A stretch of DNA of 64,000 nt from positions 21,576,001 to 21,640,000 of the forward strand of contig OX597829.1 of the NCBI GenBank assembly GCA_951406725.2, read 5' to 3'. This DNA is from Octopus vulgaris. Its lineage: Eukaryota. Each line of letters begins with the position of its first letter. The stretch's first letter is position 1. Below, piece by piece: positions 13,791 to 26,238 of this stretch. The notes under the pieces were generated by a model. It did not search any database, had not been told where the DNA came from, and saw only the letters and a program-made list of their open reading frames with translations. The position numbers and the translations under genes were made by a program.

Positions 13791-14351
13791 CTTCTCATTC
13801 TGCTATCATCACCTTTGTTAGTAAATAAACTGTTCTCCTCCTTCCTACCTCCAAATCAATGATCATCATTCACGTGTACGAGTGCACGACTCTTTAATCG
13901 AACGTCACTCATAAGAGTGGAAACAATTCTAGGTTTTTAATCTGCCGTAAGGTTAGATAAAAATATTGGCTTCAAATTTTGGCACAAGGCCAGCAAGTTC
14001 GGGGTGAGAGATTAAATCGATTATATCGACCCCAGTGCTCAACTGGTACTTTTTTTTACCGACCCCGAAAGAATGAAAGGCAAAGTCGAACTCGGTGGAA
14101 TTTGAACTCAGAACGTAAAGACGGACGAAATGTCGATAAGTATTTTCCACGGTGTGCTAGCGGTTCTGCCAGCTCGCTACCTTAAGTTTAAATAGAAATG
14201 TTATTGAGTCAACACTTTACTTAAAACTATTGTCAAGAAAACACCATCTTGTAACTTTTTTGCACACTTCTAATCAGGATCGTCTTAACAGCATGCGAGA
14301 CCCCTGGGAAAACCACTGTACTGGAACCTACAGCATTTACGGTGCTACGTT

Positions 14352-14799
14352 GGCGTGTGATCTACAAGGGCGATTAATTAAGTTTACTTTTTAAATTATT
14401 TTGTATATATATAGCATTACAAATGTAGTTTTTAAAAATCTTACTATTTTAATAGTAAGAAAACTATATAATAATTAAAATAAGCGCGTAGATCACCCAC
14501 CCACTCAAGTAAATTTTCTCACGTGGATCACACGGAAAGTAGCACCAACACAAAGTAAACTAAAACGTAACCTAAAGTAATCTCCCTTTAAATTGTAGAT
14601 CGCACGCCAAAGTGGTACCTTTCTATTTTTTTAAAGAAATGATGTGAATTTAGTGCTGGTTTCATGTAAAAATGCAACTACCTTCGCCTCGTCGCTGATC
14701 ACATTGTAAAAATCTCTAGCCAACATCTTATGGGTTTTTAGAAATTAAAAAGTAAACTAAAAAGTAAGCTAAAGTAATCTCCCTTGTAGATCACATGCC
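14352..14799. mobile_element. MITE with long TIRs and internal copies of the terminal motif
   Basis: ggcgtgtgatctacaagggcgatta / taatctcccttgtagatcacatgcc; second family member at 63433-63762. Confidence 0.75.
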
Positions 14800-15249
14800 A
14801 AAGTAGCACCACATTTATTCATTGACTACTAGCTTTAACATTCATAGATCAGTGTGCTTATGCTTTAAGACGGCACTGCTTCTAATGCATTTGACTGCAT
14901 AAACATGTTAACAGTTCATGTTGGCATAGATAATTTTCACTGGGATTTCTCACAGAAGAATTTGCTTTAGCAAATGACGTAAAAATATAAAGCCATTTAA
15001 TACTGATGAGAGGAGAAGTAGCTTAAAATGTATGTTAGTCCTCAATGGGTGATGCCTAAAGAGAGAACCTTCCTCTAACGCAAACCGGGTGAAAATGGGC
15101 TTTTTATAGGTTAAATATGTCCCAAACATATTTGAGCTGATCAAAATAATTGCAAATTGATTGCAGTAGTAGAAACATATGCACAAATGGAACTCGAGTG
15201 GCCCAAAGTTTGGGTAGCTTAATAATCAACGATGCAAAAGTTGTGATAA

Positions 15250-16240
15250 AAGGAAACCGCTAAGTTAGGAGTGCTTGAGTGATGTAGGCCAGCAACTAGC
15301 TTCCAGGGTCAGCAACCACTATTGTAGCAGTAGAAAAGTCAGAGAGAAGAGACAGCACACCTGTGGGATAATGGTTAGGATGTTGATGAATAACTTTATT
15401 CCAATAAGTCGGATGCACTCTCATTGGGTGTGGATAAGAAATATACACTAGCAGCTTTGTTCCAGTTTTGTGAGCAGTGTTCCGTTGTGATCCTAACTAA
15501 ACCTTGTAGATGGCCATGTTATTTTTAGAGGGTGTGAAGTATTTTCTGATTCTAAAGGGATAGGCCAATTTTTGTGATGCAGTCTTGGTTATGTAGATGT
15601 TTACTCAGCAGGAGAAACCCTGCCTTAAGGCGAGACTTCATATTTGTTTTGACCTGTTCGTGTTTAGAGTGAGTGGGGTGAGGTGAGATATATACAGTAA
15701 TTGGGTCTTCGAACTGGTAAAGGAGACAAAATTAGTATCATGAAGTTAGTGACTGATTTAGTGTGTGGGTCAACATACTAGTATGCTTTTCTTTTTCACA
15801 CTGGGTGCATAGCTAAAGGAAACCCATAGTGTGCGCCTATTAAATATTTTACTGAATCTACTTGTACGAGAGAAATGTTTGTCTACTAAGGAAAATCTTA
15901 CCTACACGGGTTTTAACACTTAAAGAGAAGGATGATGTGAACTGCAACATTTTCCGGAGGTGTTTTCTCTTGGAGGGGTTAGGGTCTGGTGTATAACTAA
16001 TCCTTTTCTTAAAACCGATGGCGGCCAGAACCTCATTATAGTATGGGACGGATTTGACAAAAATTCCTTTGCTTAAAGATAGGTTGGGGATTCTTCTGCT
16101 GACGTCCTTTACCAGTTCTTGGCTGAATGACAGGAACCAGTGTTAATATAGGATAGCCTCTCGTTTGGTTTCCTAAAGGGTCTATACGTACTGGACACCA
16201 AGTTCAAGGTCACATCAAGGAAATCTACTGTATATTCAGG
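15250..16240 (-). mobile_element. Decayed Penelope-like element (RT C-terminus/linker)
   Basis: Minus strand encodes VDFLDVTLNLVSSTYRPFRKPNERLSYIN (16140-16230) and FSLSVKTRVGKIFL..VDKHF (15875-15935), characteristic of Penelope-like RTs; stops and frameshifts present. Confidence 0.75.
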
Positions 16241-17063
16241 GGTGGGAAAGTGTCCATTGGGTGGATGTCCTCCGCATTAGGGCGTGTGCGTTTGTGTATG
16301 TTCTGGTCAAACTCTTTGCCGAATTTTCAAGTATGACTAGAAGACAGTGGAGTTCAAGTATAATTTGTCTGCAACCCAATGATTGAAACAAGTAAAGGAT
16401 AAATGATAGATCCTGAAATAAAATGTATAGCTTTGAGTAATAAAAAAAAAAGATATTAATGCTGAATTTTTGCAATTTAAGAGACCATTAATATAAAAGA
16501 AATATTCGAGTATGTAGTGCACGTTTGAGCACTCGTTTTCAGTGAAGGATCCCTTCGCAAATATAGGATTACTTTAGACTAATAACTGGCGAGGCTTTCT
16601 TTATCTTTTCAATTTCTAATGCCACCCAGCAAAATAGTTCGTTGGTAGTTTCTGATAAGAGTTATGTCCCTTTGAAATTTATTCTAATTTTTATTAATTT
16701 TACTTGTAAAGTTTCTTCCTTTTCCACTTATCAGTTTGTTGTTAATACTGTTTAGGTTCAGGTTCAGCGGATTGTGATCAAAGTCACTACTAGCGACAAT
16801 CTCATCGTTTTTCCAGACAGTATCTCTAATACATTATCTAACGTGCCCTGCGCTTTCGTTTTTTTTTCTTTCTTTCTTCCTTTTTTAAAGATGTTAGCTG
16901 TAATATAAAGGAGGTGTAGCTACTGTTTGTCGGAAGGTCGAGCGACGATGAAGTTCCCTGTCTCGTTTTGATAGCTCGTTGTTTATCTTGAAATTTCTTT
17001 CCAATTCCCAAATGCGTTTACTGTAATTTATGAAAACGCAATTTTAACAATCGAGTTTGATCC

Positions 17064-17760
17064 GTCGTTGTGGCAGGCTATTCGACTCCAATGGCCTCCA
17101 TGGCCTTTCTTGCCGCTTGAATGCTGGTTGATTCGCGCGTCATACGGAGTTGAACCTGATACTCAAGAGGAGCTTGGCCTCGGGCAAACATCCCCTCCAC
17201 CTTGAAATCATCTGGATTGTCTAGATGTGATGGTAAGAGACCTGACGGCCTCACCCTGTGCCCCTGGTCGCAAGGCAAGATGCCTTGTCTGGGATGTCAC
17301 AGTTAGCGACTCCTTTGCTTCTTCTCACATCCTGGATGCTACGGTCAGGACGAGACCCACAACTTCTGCGGCCGAGCGGAACAAATTCCTGAAATACTGC
17401 GATCTGTTGGCCAACTACATTTTCCATCCTGTGGCGTTCGAGACATTTGGTGAGGTCGGACCACTAACTTCGAGATTCCTGTCTTCACTGGCAACTCGCC
17501 TTGCAGAGGTAACTGGTGAGGATTGTGAGGGCGCTTGGCTGTTCCAGCGCATCAGCCTCGCCATCACCCGCAGCAACGCTGCAAGTATGCTGATGTGTCT
17601 CAATAGCCATTAGAGAGGTCTCCCAGCGTCCCCAACTTTTCAACTCAAGGTGGTGAATTGTCTTCGACTTTTGTTCGGGTTTTTTTTCTATTTTTTTCTT
17701 TTTTTTCTTTTCTTTTTTCTTTTTAATTTTTTCAGTTGTGTTCTCTGTTTTGTCCAATTT
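17064..17760 (+). mobile_element. 5'-truncated CRE-like non-LTR retrotransposon (zinc knuckle + restriction-like endonuclease)
   Basis: CGRLFDSNGLHGLSC...[22 protein letters not shown]...AAERNKFLKY...FHPVAFETFG...WLFQRISLAITRSNA; one stop, two frameshifts; T-rich 3' tail. Confidence 0.8.
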
Positions 17761-18494
17761 TCCAGTTTGATTTTGTAAAACGGTAAACACTGCAAGCAAT
17801 TATTATAAATTCAATTGTTTTCATTTTGCATTCTATTTGATCATAAATCTTCTCAAAGAGAAGACTTATGATCAAAGTATTCCAGTCGTGACCATGTAAT
17901 AATTTTGCCTACCACAGAGCACTCAAGATCACATCCAATGGGTTCTTTTTTTGGATTGAGCCGTTATTTCTAATAACCACATAGAAGTGCTTTCGTTGGG
18001 CTAGGCTTTTATATTATTCTGATTATATTAAGAGTATAACCTGGAATTATTGATAACTGGGTGAGCTTAGTAATATTAAAAAAGAGTTAAAGATAAAGAT
18101 ATGATATAAAAGTCCACTGTTAAACATATCCTTGTTCATGTCCGAATGTCTTTGAATTATAGGAACAGGCATGGCTGTATGGTAAAAAATTTGCTTCGTA
18201 GTCACATGGTTCTGAGTTCAGTCTCACTTTGTGGCACCTTGGGCAAGTATCTTCTGCAATAGTCTCGGGCCGAGTAAAGCTTTGTGAGTGGATTTGGTAG
18301 ACGGAAACTGAAAGAAGTCCTGGTTATGTGGTAATAAGCTTGCTTCCCAACCACTTAGTTCCGGGTTCAGTCTCAGTGCGTGATACCTTGGACAAGTGTC
18401 TTCTACTATAGTCTCAGGCCGACTAAGGTCTTCTAAATGGATCTGATTGACAGAAACTGAAAGAAGCCCGTTCGCAGTTTTCGTGCGGAAAGTA

Positions 18495-18527
<33 letters not shown>

Positions 18528-19596
18528 ATGTGTGTGCGCGTGTGTTTCTCCCTCACCACGCCGCTTGGTATGTTTGTCCCTGTAACTTAGCGGCTCGGCA
18601 TAAGAGATCGATAGAATAAATGCCAGGCTAAAAAAAAATCTGTCTTGCGGTTGATTTGTTCTACTAAAACTCTTCAAAGCAGTGGCCCAGTATAACTGCA
18701 GTCCAATGACTGAAAAAAGTAAAAGATGAAAAAAAAAAAATACTGCTAATTTGTTAACATGACGACGCTAATTTGACGCTGACCGAACGCTCTGGTGCTC
18801 CTAATATCTATTTTTGCCGATCTGAGTAAACTGGAGCAATGTGACATAAAGTGAAACGAAGTGCTCTAAGTAATGACACAACGTACTTCCCAAAATGAGG
18901 GTCGAATATCTGATCTTAAGATCGAGAACACAGTTGTCTAACCACGAAGCAACGTACCTTCCAAACAGGTTAATGTTTACTTTGAAATCTGAAGACTAAA
19001 ACATTTAGAAGTGAAAGGTTTTTAGGTGGTAACAAGCATTGGGAAGAAAATGTTAAGTGTTTAGTATGGTTTTGTGTTGTAGAGTTATAAGTAGTTTGTG
19101 ACGATGTTCATCTGTCCTTCTGATACTAATTGAGTGACAATTTTTTTGCCTGCTAGCTAATAATTTTAAACTATAGAACGGAGAAGTACTAGCGCTGGGA
19201 AAACTGGAATAAATTGATGCAAGAATTGAGACGAAATTTGTTTCATGTCATCTCAATACAATGTCAGTGACATCAAATAGATGAAGTGAGGAGAACCTTT
19301 TTTTTTTAATAAAGAAAATTATGAATTTTATTTATACATATTTATCTTGTCGGTGAATCTGCTTTTAAGAAAAGTGTAACAATGAAAAGGTGTTTTCACT
19401 AGTATAACAATAAAATGAATAGAAACTAGAAAGTTCTATGAATGAGAAGAGTAGTTGTTTCCGGTTCATCCTTTATTTATTAAGTTTTAATCGGACACAA
19501 TCGTTCAAAGAGAGCTACAAAGGGAAAATTCTTTTCGTACAGTTGTGTGGTTGTGAACTCGTTTTGTATGTATGAGATAAATAGAAAGAGAAAGGT

Positions 19597-19599
<3 letters not shown>

Positions 19600-19647
<48 letters not shown>

Positions 19648-19746
19648 AGATAGTGTTGTCTAAGGAAGAAAGAGAAAAATGTTGTCTCGGGGAGAGAGAG
19701 AGAGATAAATAGAGAGAGGGAGGGAGAGAGAAAGAGAGAGAGAGAA
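19600..19746. repeat. (GA)n microsatellite tracts
   Basis: Directly visible. Confidence 0.9.
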
Positions 19747-21285
19747 TGGAATGCGAGTGTCGTCTGCTATTTTGTAACCCATAAGCTAGCAGCAGTTCAA
19801 ATTTGTAACCCTTAAACTAGCAGCAGTTCAATTGTTCGTATTTGACAAGACTGACTGTCAGTTAACAGGTGAATGCCTGGCAGCAGCTGACACGAACATG
19901 TGACAATTGCTACTTTCAATCCTTTCTTCCAGCTGATCTACACTTAAACTTGCTCTATTCTCTTCCGTCTTAAATCTCGCTGAGCTACCTAGTTTATGTT
20001 AGGCAATCAACAACCTTCGTCAGCGTCATTTTGCTGACGTCAGTCAATGAATCTTATGCGTGTTTGTTTCCTGACGAGGTCATCAGCTCGATTTTTTCTT
20101 GTTTGTGTGTTCTTTTTTTTATATATCAAAAATTTATTGGAAATAACGAACCCTGGTTTCAAATTTTAGACAGAGATCTGCTACAGTTCTTTCAAATGAC
20201 ATTTGATTTGACGAGACAGACAAGAGGGAAAGCTAGAATTTATTACTGAATTAGTTTAAAAGCCGCACTCCGTTGCGGACTTTTGAGCTAGCTCCTGTGG
20301 AGGACTAATTAGACTTGCGGCTCAGAATCTAAATACAGCAATAATAATAAGCATTTATTGGTACCTGCCAATATGGTATTACTTTAAATTTAGTTTAAAT
20401 GAAAGACATTTTAAGTTCACAAACTTTTGGAGTTCTTTTAAAATTTGAATTTGCATATAACGAATCCTCATCCAGACCTGATCCCAATGTTGGATGTTCA
20501 AGAACCAAATAAAGGCCAGATTTTCAATCCTATGGTCATCCTGATTCCATAAAGTTATATGTCTATGTAAAGCAAATGTAGACGGAGATGCAGGCGTCCC
20601 AGTCAGATACACAAAATTCTGCTTTTATTATTTATAAATTGATGGTTTTAATTTCAACTGATTAGTTTCAACCCTACATGAAAAGAATTAGAATAAGTGA
20701 CATTAACTGGAAATAAATTAAACCGGCTACATCCCTTTCTCAACAATCACTGATCATACACCTTATCAAAAACACATTAATATTTGATTTTAAAATAAGG
20801 CGGCTTGCTGACAGAATCGTGAGCACTCCGAGTAAAAATGCTTAGTGGCATTTCGTTCGTCTTTACGTTCTGAATTCAAATTCCGTCGTGGTCAACTTTG
20901 CCTTTCATCCTTTCGGAGTCAATAAAAATGAGTAGCAGTTGAGTACTGACGTCAATGTAATGAATTTCGCTCGAAATTGCTGGCCTTGTGCCAAAACTTG
21001 AAATTCTACAATTTGATTGTAAAATAACTGTCCTGAAATAAGCTGAATAAATAGTGCATACCATTTTTTTTTTTTTAACTTGTTTCAGTCATTTAACTGC
21101 AGCCGCCATGCTGGAGCACCGTCTTTAGTGGAACAAATTGAACCCAGGACTTATTCTTTGTAAGCCTAGTACTTATTCTATCGGTTTCTATTGCCATACT
21201 GCTATGTGACGGGGACGTAAACACACCAACATCGATTGTCAAACGACGGTGGTGGAGGTGGTGGTGGGAACAAACACAGACACAT

Positions 21286-21450
21286 AAATACATACATACA
21301 CACATACATATACATACATACATACATACATGCACATACATACGTGCATGCATACATACATACAAACATACATACATACATACATACATACATGCACATA
21401 CATACATACATACATACATACATACATACATACATACATACATACATACA

Positions 21451-21481
<31 letters not shown>

Positions 21482-21498
21482 GTATGTATGTATATATA
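21286..21498. repeat. (TACA)n microsatellite
   Basis: Directly visible. Confidence 0.95.
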
Positions 21499-21666
21499 CT
21501 ATTGGAACTTAATCACAAGGTACAGGAATCGTATACTATTCTGCTTAAATAATGGAACTGAAGATACAATATCCCTGCATATCTTACATCTATTTACATT
21601 CCCCCACTTCCCTCTCTATTTCATATCTTATCCAGAATAACTATTGCTTATCCATTTTCTCACACC

Positions 21667-21714
21667 GTCTCTGATGAAGGGATATATAAAATATCCCGGA
21701 AACAGCTGTAAGAC
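21667..21714 (+). ncRNA. Minimal type I hammerhead ribozyme motif (Penelope-like element type)
   Basis: gtct-CTGATGA-a-GGGATAT-ataaa-ATATCCC-g-GAAAC-agct-GTA-agac: stem I gtct/agac, intact core, 7-bp stem II, palindromic stem III ACAGCTGT, GUA cleavage triplet. Confidence 0.75.
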
Positions 21715-21768
21715 CTACTTATAAATGTTCTGATATCTTTCACAGCCTTGGATTTTTATCTCATTCTG

Positions 21769-21822
<54 letters not shown>

Positions 21823-22124
21823 CTGTGACCCCCTTCGGTCATGAATAACCATGGGATTGCACCTAGAAAGTTACTCTCCAAGGCACAAGTCCGGGCAAGG
21901 TTGTTTATGGAAGGCCAGTAATCGCCCATGCATACTGGCCTCCCCTCTCTACGTCACCGATGTTATCCAAGAGAAAGGCAAAGAACGATACAGCTTGGCA
22001 CCAGTGATGTCGCAGCTCATTTATTAACGTGCAAGTGGCTGAGCACTCCACAGACGCGTGTACCCTTAACGTAGAACTCGGGGAGGTCCAGCATGACACA
22101 GAGTGTGACAAGGTTGGCCCTTTG

Positions 22125-22176
<52 letters not shown>

Positions 22177-22639
22177 GCACACACACATACATATATGGGT
22201 ACAGGGCGTCAATACGTAAACAAATGAGGGAAAAACTGCACCCCTTCCTCTAGATCCTATGACACTTCAGGTCATCTAATTTGTCAGAGTTCAACCAGTT
22301 TTATTTCATTACTCCTCGTAGCCTATGTGTTGACTAAAGCCATTCTTTTAAGACATGTTTCTTCACATCCACACTCAACAAAAGCCCTTTGTCCACTTGA
22401 GTAGCTATGTCTCCATTCATCTCACACGGCTTCAAACTCAGCGCGAAGGCCTACTTAAAGTGCCTAGAGAAGGTAGTGTTGCCCTGAGTCAAGAGAATGG
22501 CTACTGGAACACCTTGTCTGTCAAGAGGACTCTGCACCATACCACACAAGCAGGAGAACCCAGTCATGGCTGTTGTTGTTATATATATATAATGTATTGA
22601 GTATTAAAGGAAGTAGTGAGTACTTGGTACGAAAAATTA

Positions 22640-23168
22640 AGAAAATGAGAGAGACTGAAAAAACGTGTTAACGATACGAGATACTTTATTAGACTGCCGT
22701 TGTTGTACAAGGTATTTGTTGTGGCGGGAAACTTACTGAATGTCCTTGTATCATGGGAGACAATGGGCAACGTTGATTGTTCATGTTTGTTGTGATGATT
22801 ACATAACAATGGCTATCAGACAATTTCTGCGACTTAACTTCCCAGACTGCAACCCGCTTGCTTATTATGCGTGGGGCACAGTTGAGCAAGAGACCAACAA
22901 AACTCCTTGTAACACAAAAGATGAACTGAAGGCAAGGATTATGGCAGCATTCACCTAAACAAAGAGACCGTCCAGAAGAGTTGCAGGAGATTTCAAAGTC
23001 AGCTGGAGGCCGAGGTTGAAACCAATGGCGATATTATTGAATAGATTTACTCTTTAGTATTTCAAGATATTTTTATGTAATTTTGATAAATACATCTGTT
23101 AAAATGAGATGTCAGTGTTATTTTCATCTTTGCGTAATTTAGAAGACAGTTTATCTACTGCACCCTGT
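22640..23168 (+). mobile_element. Tc1/mariner-superfamily remnant (maT/DD37D-like), 3' part
   Basis: ORF 22740..22958 contains PDCNPLAYYAWGTVE...TKDELKARI (SPDCNPLDY-type motif); ends in ...caccctgTA terminus. Confidence 0.7.
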
Positions 23169-23370
23169 ATGTATGTATGTATGTATGTATGTATGTATGT
23201 ATGTATGTATGTATGTATGTATGTATGTATCAACTCGTGTGTTCTTTTTCAACCATCTACACACACACACACACCATACACACTTTATTAAAAGCAGCAG
23301 AAATATCATAAAACCAGTTACTCAGAGTTTCACTGGAGTAAGCACATAATTATATATGTGTGTGAGTGTG

Positions 23371-24205
23371 TGTAACGGAAGATATTAAGTTGTATAACGA
23401 TAATATGATAAACGATAGTTGATACACAGCAGGATGGATGTAATCTGCTTGTTATCCTTCGTTGATTACCATTATGTAAAGATGAAACAACAGTGATTGA
23501 AGTTGTGAAGAAAATATTTATTTACCGTCACATCGAATATACCTTGCCTCGACTGGCAGGTGATAAAATCCTAGAGCATGCGAAGTAAAGTTAGATGTGG
23601 TAGATTATCCTTGTATAGTTTTGTGTACACATTTTCTTTGTAGTAACCCACAGATAGCGATAGAATGATATTGTAAGGGAACAGAATTAGAGCTAGTGTA
23701 AGTTGTACGGTCGTGGGAAGATGTCTCATAGCTGTTGAGAGTAAATTTCATTTCCGCCTTTGACCATTTTCTTTAGTAGCTGCCTTGCTTGTGGTCATGA
23801 TTCTCGCGCTCCGCTCCCTAACTGATGGTAGCTATCTCTAACTCGAATTGTCATTCATTAACTAACTGATTGAGTTGTCGCAAGCCGACTAACTCAGCTA
23901 TCACCAAGTGACTAACTGATTTTGCTTGGGGTTCTTGCTTTTATAACTATCCAGAAGCATAGACATATCGTTGGGGACAATAGATTTAGTTGGTGTTCTT
24001 GTTATCTTAATTCTAGCCTTTGGTGAAATAGAAGAGGTTAGAAAGGTCAAGTGATGAAGACATTATTTCTGCCTAGCTAAGGCAATCTGGCAAATGTAAA
24101 ACTGCTGTCACAAAAACTATTGTTTTACTGTGAGAAAAGTCCAGTTGAACAGTTAATTTAAATTTGGCCATGGTGGATCGAATCCACTTCATGCCTGCAA
24201 GATCA

Positions 24206-24211
<6 letters not shown>
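23371..24211 (-). mobile_element. Probable solo LTR (~840 bp)
   Basis: TGTA...TACA termini; on the minus strand TATAAAA (~23938-23945) precedes AATAAA (~23520); no ORF. Confidence 0.55.
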
Positions 24212-24272
<61 letters not shown>

Positions 24273-24273
24273 A

Positions 24274-24350
<77 letters not shown>

Positions 24351-24365
24351 TTATTTTATAGAAGG

Positions 24366-24416
24366 AGCTTCTACAGGACTAGAACTGTTTCATTCTAATG
24401 AAATCATCAGGAAGCT
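24366..24416 (-). ncRNA. Type I hammerhead ribozyme motif, minus arm of palindrome
   Basis: Reverse complement reads agcttc-CTGATGA-tttcattagaat-GAAAC-agttctagtcct-GTA-gaagct; stem III ACAG/CTGT. Confidence 0.65.
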
Positions 24417-24463
24417 TCCTGATGATTTCATTTGAATGAAACGGTTCTAGTCCTGTAGAAGCT
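24413..24463 (+). ncRNA. Type I hammerhead ribozyme motif, plus arm of palindrome
   Basis: agcttc-CTGATGA-t-ttc-attt-gaa-t-GAAAC-ggttctagtcct-GTA-gaagct; 6-bp stem I, short stem II, stem III with one G.U pair. Confidence 0.65.
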
Positions 24464-24543
24464 CCTTCTATAAAATAAATTAATTTACTCTGCCATGTAT
24501 TGAGTACCTTATTTACTGTGGTTAACCCCGACTCAACCCGGGA

Positions 24544-24576
<33 letters not shown>

Positions 24577-25109
24577 GACGGGTTTCATTCATTTTCCATC
24601 TGCCAAATCCACTTACAAGGCTTTGCTCGGTCCGATGCTATAGGGCTATAGTAAAAGACACTTGCCCAGAATTTGCGATAAGTTTTTTTCTTCTTTTTTT
24701 TTGTGGGTGGTGAGAGGAATTTCGGAAAATTCTTACGCGTCGAGTTTGTTTCCTCATAACTTTCACGAAGTGGATAAATTTTTATGAAAGTTCTTACAAA
24801 TACCTTTCAGAGTGTATAGATTAGGATTAAATCGGAATATATAATGACAAGAAAAAAAAAACGTACTGACACACTTATATATCCACAAAGTAAAACTTGA
24901 AATTTCGAAAGAATGTGTGCGTACAAATCTACTTTTTTTGTTTTTTTTCATATTAACTTCCGATATAATTGTAATCTACACATCCTGAAAGTTATTTGTA
25001 AAACATTTCGCTAAAAAAAAAAAAAACTATCCATTTTCCTAAAAGCCGATTCGTGTGAATTTTCTGAAACTCTTTTCCCTACTCTCAGAAAACTTTTTAC
25101 GCCACATAT

Positions 25110-26238
25110 TCCTTTTCTACTCTAGGCATAAGGCCCGAAATTTGGGGGAAGTGGGGGTGGGTGGGCAGACGATTAGATCGACCCCCACCCTGCGACCCCG
25201 AAAGGTAAAGTCGATCTCGGCAGAATTTGAACTTAGAACATAAAGACAGATGAAATACTGTTATGCATTTCGCCCGGTGTGTTAACGTTTCTGCCAGCTC
25301 ACCGCCTTTAATAATCTTTTCTACTCTATGCACAAGGCCCGAAATTTTTTTGGAGGGGGCCAGTCGATAAGATTGACTCCATGACCCCACGACCCTGAAA
25401 GGTAAAGTCGACCACGGCAGAATTTGAACTTAGAACATAAAGACAGACGAAATACCTATTTCTTTACTACCCACAAGGGGCTACACACAGAGTATACAAA
25501 CAAGGACAGACAAACGGATTAAGTCGATTATATCGACCCCAGTGCGTAACTGGGACTTAATTTATCGACCCCGAAAGGATGAAAGGTAAAGTCGACCTCG
25601 GCGGAATTTGAACTCAGAACGTAACGGTAGACGAAATACCGCTAAACATTTCGCCCGGCGTGTTAACATTTCTTATTTCTTTATTGCCACAAAGGGCTAA
25701 ACATAGAAGGAACAAACAAGGACAGACAAAGGGATTAAGTCAATTACTTCAACCCCAGTGCGTAACTGGTACTTAATTTATCGACTCCGAACGGATGAAA
25801 GGCAAAGTCGACCTCGGCGTGTTAACGTTTCTGCCAGATCGCTGCCTTTTACACAACATATTTCGATATAATCGTAATCGGTACTATTCGCAGCGTATTT
25901 TTTAAAAAATTATTCGTTTTTCCTCAAAAGTTATGAAGAAACAAAGTCGATAGGGTAGGCACACTTGTGTAGGTATGTAAATTTAACAATGAATTATATG
26001 TATTTATTTCTTTACTACCCTCAAGGGGCTAAACACAGAGAGGACAAACAGGGACAGACAAACGGATTAAGTCGATTATATCGACCCCAGTGCGTAACTG
26101 GTACTTTATTTATCGACCCCGAAAGGATGAAAGGCAAAGTCGACCTCGGCGGAATTTGAACTCAGAACGTAACGGCAGACGAAATACGGCTACGCATTTC
26201 GCCCGGCGTGCTAACGTTTCTGCCAGCTCGCCGCCTTC
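25110..26238 (-). mobile_element. Cluster of nested/tandem SINE family B copies (aaggcggcgagctggcagaaacgttagcacgccgggcgaaatg...gcctttcatcctttcggggtcgataaa)
   Basis: At least five partial or full copies; others at 787-1018(-), 13965-14185(-), 20797-21005, 27710-27920(-), 44178-44406, 48248-48620, 50592-51030, 57590-57770 and 59760-61110. Confidence 0.85.
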
